The notes beneath the pieces are model-generated. The model had not been told where the DNA came from, did not search any database, and saw nothing but the letters and a program-made list of their open reading frames with translations. The translations under genes and the position numbers were made by a program. From Auanema rhodensis (Eukaryota > Animalia > Nematoda), in assembly GCA_964057225.1 (NCBI GenBank), contig OZ059897.1:1-64000 (forward strand): a stretch of 64,000 bases of DNA, in the 5' to 3' direction. Positions 56,350-64,000 of the stretch are shown here, in pieces (the stretch's first letter is position 1; every line of letters begins with the position of its first letter).

Positions 56350-59300
56350 CGAGTTACATACCAAGTGCACATCACGTGTACATTTAATTAGCATAAATTA
56401 AAGTTCACGTAAATTTCAAAGTCATGGTTACCATGCACCAATATCAATAAAAATTTGTTTTTAGACTAATATGGACATGGGGAATCTAATTTTGGAAACC
56501 GAATCTCTTTATCTTTCACGTGAAGCGAGTTACATACCAAGTGCACATCACGTGTACATTTAATTAGCATAAATTAAAGTTCACGTAAATTTCAAAGTCA
56601 TGGTTACCATGCACCAATATCAATAAAAATTTGTTTTTAGACTAATATGGACATGGGGAATCTAATTTTGAAAACCGCATCTCTTTATCTTTCACGTGAA
56701 GCGAGTTACATACCAAGTGCACATCACGTGTACATTTAATTAGCATAAATTAAAGTTCACGTAAATTTCAAAGTCATGGTTACCATGAACCAATATCAAT
56801 AAAAATTTGTTTTTAGACTAATATGGACATGGGGAATCTAATTTTGAAAACCGCATCTCTTTATCTTTCACGTGAAGCGAGTTACATACCAAGTGCACAT
56901 CACGTGTACATTTAATTAGCATAAATTAAAGTTCACGTAAATTTCAAAGTCATGGTTACCATGCACAAATATCAATAAAAATTTGTTTTTAGACTAACAT
57001 GGACATGGGGAATCTAATTTTGAAAACCGCATCTCTTTATCTTTCACGTGAAGCGAGTTACATACCAAGTGCACATCACGTGTACATTTAATTAGCATAA
57101 ATTAAAGTTCACGTAAATTTCAAAGTCATGGTTACCATGCACCAATATCAATAAAAATTTGTTTTTAGACTAATATGGACATGGGGAATCTAATTTTGAA
57201 AACCGCATCTCTTTATCTTTCACGTGAAGCGAGTTACATACCAAGGGCACATCACGTGTACATTTAATTAGCATAAATTAAAGTTCACGTAAATTTCAAA
57301 GTCATGGTTACCATGCACCAATATCAATAAAAATTTGTTTTTAGACTAATATGGACATGGGGAATCTAATTTTGAAAACCGCATCTCTTTATCTTTCACG
57401 TGAAGCGAGTTACATACCAAGTGCACATCACGTGTACATTTAATTAGCATAAATTAAAGTTCACGTAAATTTCAAAGTCATGGTTACCATGCACCAATAT
57501 CAATAAAAATTTGTTTTTAGACTAATATGGACATGGGGAATCTAATTTTGAAAACCGCATCTCTTTATCTTTCACGTGAAGTGAGTTACATACCAAGTGC
57601 ACATCACGTGTACATTTAATTAGCATAAATTAAAGTTCACGTAAATTTCAAAGTCATGGTTACCATGCACCAATATCAATAAAAATTTGTTTTTAGACTA
57701 ATATGGACATGGGGAATCTAATTTTGAAAACCGCATCTCTTTATCTTTCACGTGAAGCGAGTTACATACCAAGGGCACATCACGTGTACATTTAATTAGC
57801 ATAAATTAAAGTTCACGTAAATTTCAAAGTCATGGTTACCATGCACCAATATCAATAAAAATTTGTTTTTAGACTAATATGGACATGGGGAATCTAATTT
57901 TGAAAACCGCATCTCTTTATCGTTCACGTGAAGCGAGTTACATACCAAGTGCACATCACGTGTACATTTAATTAGCATAAATTAAAGTTCACGTAAATTT
58001 CAAAGTCATGGTTACCATGCACCAATATCAATAAAAATTTGTTTTTAGACTAATATGGACATGGGGAATCTAATTTTGAAAACCGCATCTCTTTATCTTT
58101 CACGTGAAGCGAGTTACATACCAAGTGCACATCACGTGTACATTTAATTAGCATAAATTAAAGTTCACGTAAATTTCAAAGTCATGGTTACCATGCACCA
58201 ATATCAATAAAAATTTGTTTTTAGACTAATATGGACATGGGGAATCTAATTTTGAAAACCGCATCTCTTTATCTTTCACGTGAAGCGAGTTACATACCAA
58301 GTGCACATCACGTGTACATTTAATTAGCATAAATTAAAGTTCACGTAAATTTCAAAGTCATGGTTACCATGCACCAATATCAATAAAAATTTGTTTTTAG
58401 ACTAATATGGACATGGGGAATCTAATTTTGAAAACCGCATCTCTTTATCGTTCACGTGAAGCGAGTTACATACCAAGTGCACATCACGTGTACATTTAAT
58501 TAGCATAAATTAAAGTTCACGTAAATTTCAAAGTCATGGTTACCATGCACCAATATCAATAAAAATTTGTTTTTAGACTAATATGGACATGGGGAATCTA
58601 ATTTTGAAAACCGCATCTCTTTATCTTTCACGTGAAGCGAGTTACATACCAAGTGCACATCACGTGTACATTTAATTAGCATAAATTAAAGTTCACGTAA
58701 ATTTCAAAGTCATGGTTACCATGAACCAATATCAATAAAAATTTGTTTTTAGACTAATATGGACATGGGGAATCTAATTTTGAAAACCGCATCTCTTTAT
58801 CTTTCACGTGAAGCGAGTTACATACCAAGTACACATCACGTGTACATTTAATTAGCATAAATTAAAGTTGACGTAAATTTCAAAGTCATGGTTACCATGC
58901 ACCAATATCAATAAAAATTTGTTTTTAGACTAATATGGACATGGGGAATCTAATTTTGAAAACCGCATCTCTTTATCTTTCACGTGAAGCGAGTTACATA
59001 CCAAGTGCACATCACGTGTACATTTAATTAGCATAAATTAAAGTTCACGTAAATTTCAAAGTCATGGTTACCATGCACCAATATCAATAAAAATTTGTTT
59101 TTAGACTAATATGGACATGGGGAATCTAATTTTGAAAACCGCATCTCTTTATCTTTCACGTGAAGCGAGTTACATACCAAGTGCACATCACGTGTACATT
59201 TAATTAGCATAAATTAAAGTTCACGTAAATTTCAAAGTCATGGTTACCATGCACCAATATCAATAAAAATTTGTTTTTAGACTAATATGGACATGAGGAA

Positions 59301-62300
59301 TCTAATTTTGAAAACTGCATCTCTTCATCTTTCACGTGAAGCGAGTTACATACCAAGTGCACATCACGTGTACATTTAATTAGCATAAATTGAAGTTCAC
59401 GTAAATTTCAAAGTCATGGTTACCATGCACCAATATCAATAAAAATTTGTTTTTAGACTAATATGGACATGGGGAATCTAATTTTGAAAACCGCATCTCT
59501 TCATCTTTCACGTGAAGCGAGTTACATACCAAGTGCACATCACGTGTACATTTAATTAGCATAAATTAAAGTTCACGTAAATTTCAAAGTCATGGTTACC
59601 ATGCACCAATATCAATAAAAATTTGTTTTTAGACTAATATGGACATGGGGAATCTAATTTTGAAAACCGCATCTCTTCATCTTTCACGTGAAGCGAGTTA
59701 CATACCAAGTGCACATCACGTGTACATTTAATTAGCATAAATTAAAGTTCACGTAAATTTCAAAGTCATGGTTACCATGCACCAATATCAATAAAAATTT
59801 GTTTTTAGACTAATATGGACATGGGGAATCTAATTTTGAAAACCGCATCTCTTTATCTTTCACGTGAAGCGAGTTACATACCAAGTGCACATCACGTGTA
59901 CATTTAATTAGCATAAATTAAAGTTCACGTAAATTTCAAAGTCATGGTTACCATGCACCAATATCAATAAAAATTTGTTTTTAGACTAATATGGACATGG
60001 GGAATCTAATTTTGGAAACCGAATCTCTTTATCTTTCACGTGAAGCGAGTTACATACCAAGTGCACATCACGTGTACATTTAATTAGCATAAATTAAAGT
60101 TCACGTAAATTTCAAAGTCATGGTTACCATGCACCAATATCAATAAAAATTTGTTTTTAGACTAATATGGACATGGGGAATCTAATTTTGAAAACCGCAT
60201 CTCTTTATCTTTCACGTGAAGCGAGTTACATACCAAGTGCACATCACGTGTACATTTAATTAGCATAAATTAAAGTTCACGTAAATTTCAAAGTCATGGT
60301 TACCATGAACCAATATCAATAAAAATTTGTTTTTAGACTAATATGGACATGGGGAATCTAATTTTGAAAACCGCATCTCTTTATCTTTCACGTGAAGCGA
60401 GTTACATACCAAGTGCACATCACGTGTACATTTAATTAGCATAAATTAAAGTTCACGTAAATTTCAAAGTCATGGTTACCATGCACAAATATCAATAAAA
60501 ATTTGTTTTTAGACTAACATGGACATGGGGAATCTAATTTTGAAAACCGCATCTCTTTATCTTTCACGTGAAGCGAGTTACATACCAAGTGCACATCACG
60601 TGTACATTTAATTAGCATAAATTAAAGTTCACGTAAATTTCAAAGTCATGGTTACCATGCACCAATATCAATAAAAATTTGTTTTTAGACTAATATGGAC
60701 ATGGGGAATCTAATTTTGAAAACCGCATCTCTTTATCTTTCACGTGAAGCGAGTTACATACCAAGGGCACATCACGTGTACATTTAATTAGCATAAATTA
60801 AAGTTCACGTAAATTTCAAAGTCATGGTTACCATGCACCAATATCAATAAAAATTTGTTTTTAGACTAATATGGACATGGGGAATCTAATTTTGAAAACC
60901 GCATCTCTTTATCGTTCACGTGAAGCGAGTTACATACCAAGTGCACATCACGTGTACATTTAATTAGCATAAATTAAAGTTCACGTAAATTTCAAAGTCA
61001 TGGTTACCATGCACCAATATCAATAAAAATTTGTTTTTAGACTAATATGGACATGGGGAATCTAATTTTGAAAACCGCATCTCTTTATCTTTCACGTGAA
61101 GTGAGTTACATACCAAGTGCACATCACGTGTACATTTAATTAGCATAAATTAAAGTTCACGTAAATTTCAAAGTCATGGTTACCATGCACCAATATCAAT
61201 AAAAATTTGTTTTTAGACTAATATGGACATGGGGAATCTAATTTTGAAAACCGCATCTCTTTATCTTTCACGTGAAGCGAGTTACATACCAAGGGCACAT
61301 CACGTGTACATTTAATTAGCATAAATTAAAGTTCACGTAAATTTCAAAGTCATGGTTACCATGCACCAATATCAATAAAAATTTGTTTTTAGACTAATAT
61401 GGACATGGGGAATCTAATTTTGAAAACCGCATCTCTTTATCGTTCACGTGAAGCGAGTTACATACCAAGTGCACATCACGTGTACATTTAATTAGCATAA
61501 ATTAAAGTTCACGTAAATTTCAAAGTCATGGTTACCATGCACCAATATCAATAAAAATTTGTTTTTAGACTAATATGGACATGGGGAATCTAATTTTGAA
61601 AACCGCATCTCTTTATCTTTCACGTGAAGCGAGTTACATACCAAGTGCACATCACGTGTACATTTAATTAGCATAAATTAAAGTTCACGTAAATTTCAAA
61701 GTCATGGTTACCATGAACCAATATCAATAAAAATTTGTTTTTAGACTAATATGGACATGGGGAATCTAATTTTGAAAACCGCATCTCTTTATCTTTCACG
61801 TGAAGCGAGTTACATACCAAGTACACATCACGTGTACATTTAATTAGCATAAATTAAAGTTGACGTAAATTTCAAAGTCATGGTTACCATGCACCAATAT
61901 CAATAAAAATTTGTTTTTAGACTAATATGGACATGGGGAATCTAATTTTGAAAACCGCATCTCTTTATCTTTCACGTGAAGCGAGTTACATACCAAGTGC
62001 ACATCACGTGTACATTTAATTAGCATAAATTAAAGTTCACGTAAATTTCAAAGTCATGGTTACCATGCACCAATATCAATAAAAATTTGTTTTTAGACTA
62101 ATATGGACATGGGGAATCTAATTTTGAAAACCGCATCTCTTTATCTTTCACGTGAAGCGAGTTACATACCAAGTGCACATCACGTGTACATTTAATTAGC
62201 ATAAATTAAAGTTCACGTAAATTTCAAAGTCATGGTTACCATGCACCAATATCAATAAAAATTTGTTTTTAGACTAATATGGACATGAGGAATCTAATTT

Positions 62301-62950
62301 TGAAAACTGCATCTCTTCATCTTTCACGTGAAGCGAGTTACATACCAAGTGCACATCACGTGTACATTTAATTAGCATAAATTAAAGTTCACGTAAATTT
62401 CAAAGTCATGGTTACCATGCACCAATATCAATAAAAATTTGTTTTTAGACTAATATGGACATGGGGAATCTAATTTTGAAAACCGCATCTCTTCATCTTT
62501 CACGTGAAGCGAGTTACATACCAAGTGCACATCACGTGTACATTTAATTAGCATAAATTAAAGTTCACGTAAATTTCAAAGTCATGGTTACCATGCACCA
62601 ATATCAATAAAAATTTGTTTTTAGACTAATATGGACATGGGGAATCTAATTTTGAAAACCGCATCTCTTCATCTTTCACGTGAAGCGAGTTACATACCAA
62701 GTGCACATCACGTGTACATTTAATTAGCATAAATTAAAGTTCACGTAAATTTCAAAGTCATGGTTACCATGCACCAATATCAATAAAAATTTGTTTTTAG
62801 ACTAATATGGACATGGGGAATCTAATTTTGAAAACCGCATCTCTTTATCTTTCACGTGAAGCGAGTTACATACCAAGTGCACATCACGTGTACATTTAAT
62901 TAGCATAAATTAAAGTTCACGTAAATTTCAAAGTCATGGTTACCATGAAC
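56350..62950 (+). repeat. Tandem 20-mer/17-mer block duplication; ends approximate
   Basis: The offset is 3520 for GACTAACAT (56991/60511) and GTGAGTTAC (57581/61101), then 2992 for AAGTACAC (58831/61823) and AAAACTGC (59316/62308). Confidence 0.85.
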
Positions 62951-64000
62951 CAATATCAATAAAAATTTGTTTTTAGACTAATATGGACATGGGGAATCTA
63001 ATTTTGAAAACCGCATCTCTTTATCTTTCACGTGAAGCAAGTTACATACCAAGTGCACATCACGTGTACATTTAATTAGCATAAATTAAAGTTCACGTAA
63101 ATTTCAAAGTCATGGTTACCATGCACCAATATCAATAAAAATTTGTTTTTAGACTAATATGGACATGAGGAATCTAATTTTGAAAACCGCATCTCTTTAT
63201 CTTTCACGTGAAGCGAGTTACATACCAAGTGCACATCACGTGTACATTTAATTAGCATAAATTAAAGTTCACGTAAATTTCAAAGTCATGGTTACCATGC
63301 ACCAATATCAATAAAAATTTGTTTTTAGACTAATATGGACATGGGGAATCTAATTTTGAAAACCGCATCTCTTCATCTTTCACGTGAAGCGAGTTACATA
63401 CCAAGTGCACATCACGTGTACATTTAATTAGCATAAATTAAAGTTCACGTAAATTTCAAAGTCATGGTTACCATGCACCAATATCAATAAAAATTTGTTT
63501 TTAGACTAATATGGACATGGGGAATCTAATTTTGAAAACCGCATCTCTTCATCTTTCACGTGAAGCGAGTTACATACCAAGTGCACATCACGTGTACATT
63601 TAATTAGCATAAATTAAAGTTCACGTAAATTTCAAAGTCATGGTTACCATGCACCAATATCAATAAAAATTTGTTTTTAGACTAATATGGACATGGGGAA
63701 TCTAATTTTGAAAACCGCATCTCTTTATCTTTCACGTGAAGCGAGTTACATACCAAGTGCACATCACGTGTACATTTAATTAGCATAAATTAAAGTTCAC
63801 GTAAATTTCAAAGTCATGGTTACCATGAACCAATATCAATAAAAATTTGTTTTTAGACTAATATGGACATGGGGAATCTAATTTTGAAAACCGCATCTCT
63901 TTATCTTTCACGTGAAGCAAGTTACATACCAAGTGCACATCACGTGTACATTTAATTAGCATAAATTAAAGTTCACGTAAATTTCAAAGTCATGGTTACC

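Larger units (their letters stand above)
1..64000. repeat. Tandem satellite DNA array, 176-bp monomer, about 363.5 copies, probably centromeric or pericentromeric
   Basis: TCACGTGAAGCGAG recurs at 1, 177, 881, 2641, 5281 and 7921 (exact multiples of 176) and on to 63908. 63907 minus the net indel of +19 equals 363 x 176. All copies have the same orientation, and the array runs off both window ends. The centromeric assignment is inferred from size and homogeneity only. Confidence 0.99.

Noticed and set aside
1-64000. Protein-coding repeat or long ORF
   Set aside because: Each monomer has stops in all three plus frames (TGA 6, TAA 46, TAG 50) and in all three minus frames, so no ORF can span monomers.
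1-64000. CRISPR array or other repeat-spacer system
   Set aside because: The palindromic motifs are separated by invariant sequence rather than unique spacers, and there are no cas genes or leader.
1-64000. A single regular fixed-length HOR, or an encoded message in the variant pattern
   Set aside because: Offsets between shared variants vary from 3 to 62 monomers and are explained by nested local duplications.

Overview
The whole window is one uninterrupted, head-to-tail, single-orientation array of a 176-bp AT-rich satellite (about 32% GC; 363 complete monomers plus a 93-bp partial one). It has no genes, RNA genes, transposon insertions, CRISPR spacers or inversions. Monomers differ from the consensus by only a few substitutions. 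I found 14 length-variant monomers (eleven with 1-2-bp deletions, three of 187 bp), and their net +19 bp accounts exactly for the phase shift across the window. Monomer size, homogeneity and dyad content resemble a eukaryotic centromeric or pericentromeric satellite, but I cannot name the family or species, and centromere function is only an inference. The informative signal lies in the variants. They record nested, phase-preserving block duplications (3-, 5-, 9-, 11-, 12-, 17/20-, 16/19-, 33- and about 62-monomer offsets), regional variant domains, a deletion-plus-duplication monomer, and one recombination junction that maps to 35 bp. The monomer carries many short palindromes, repeated CACGT(G) boxes and a degenerate CENP-B-box-like 17-mer. 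I found no evidence of a novel protein-coding system.
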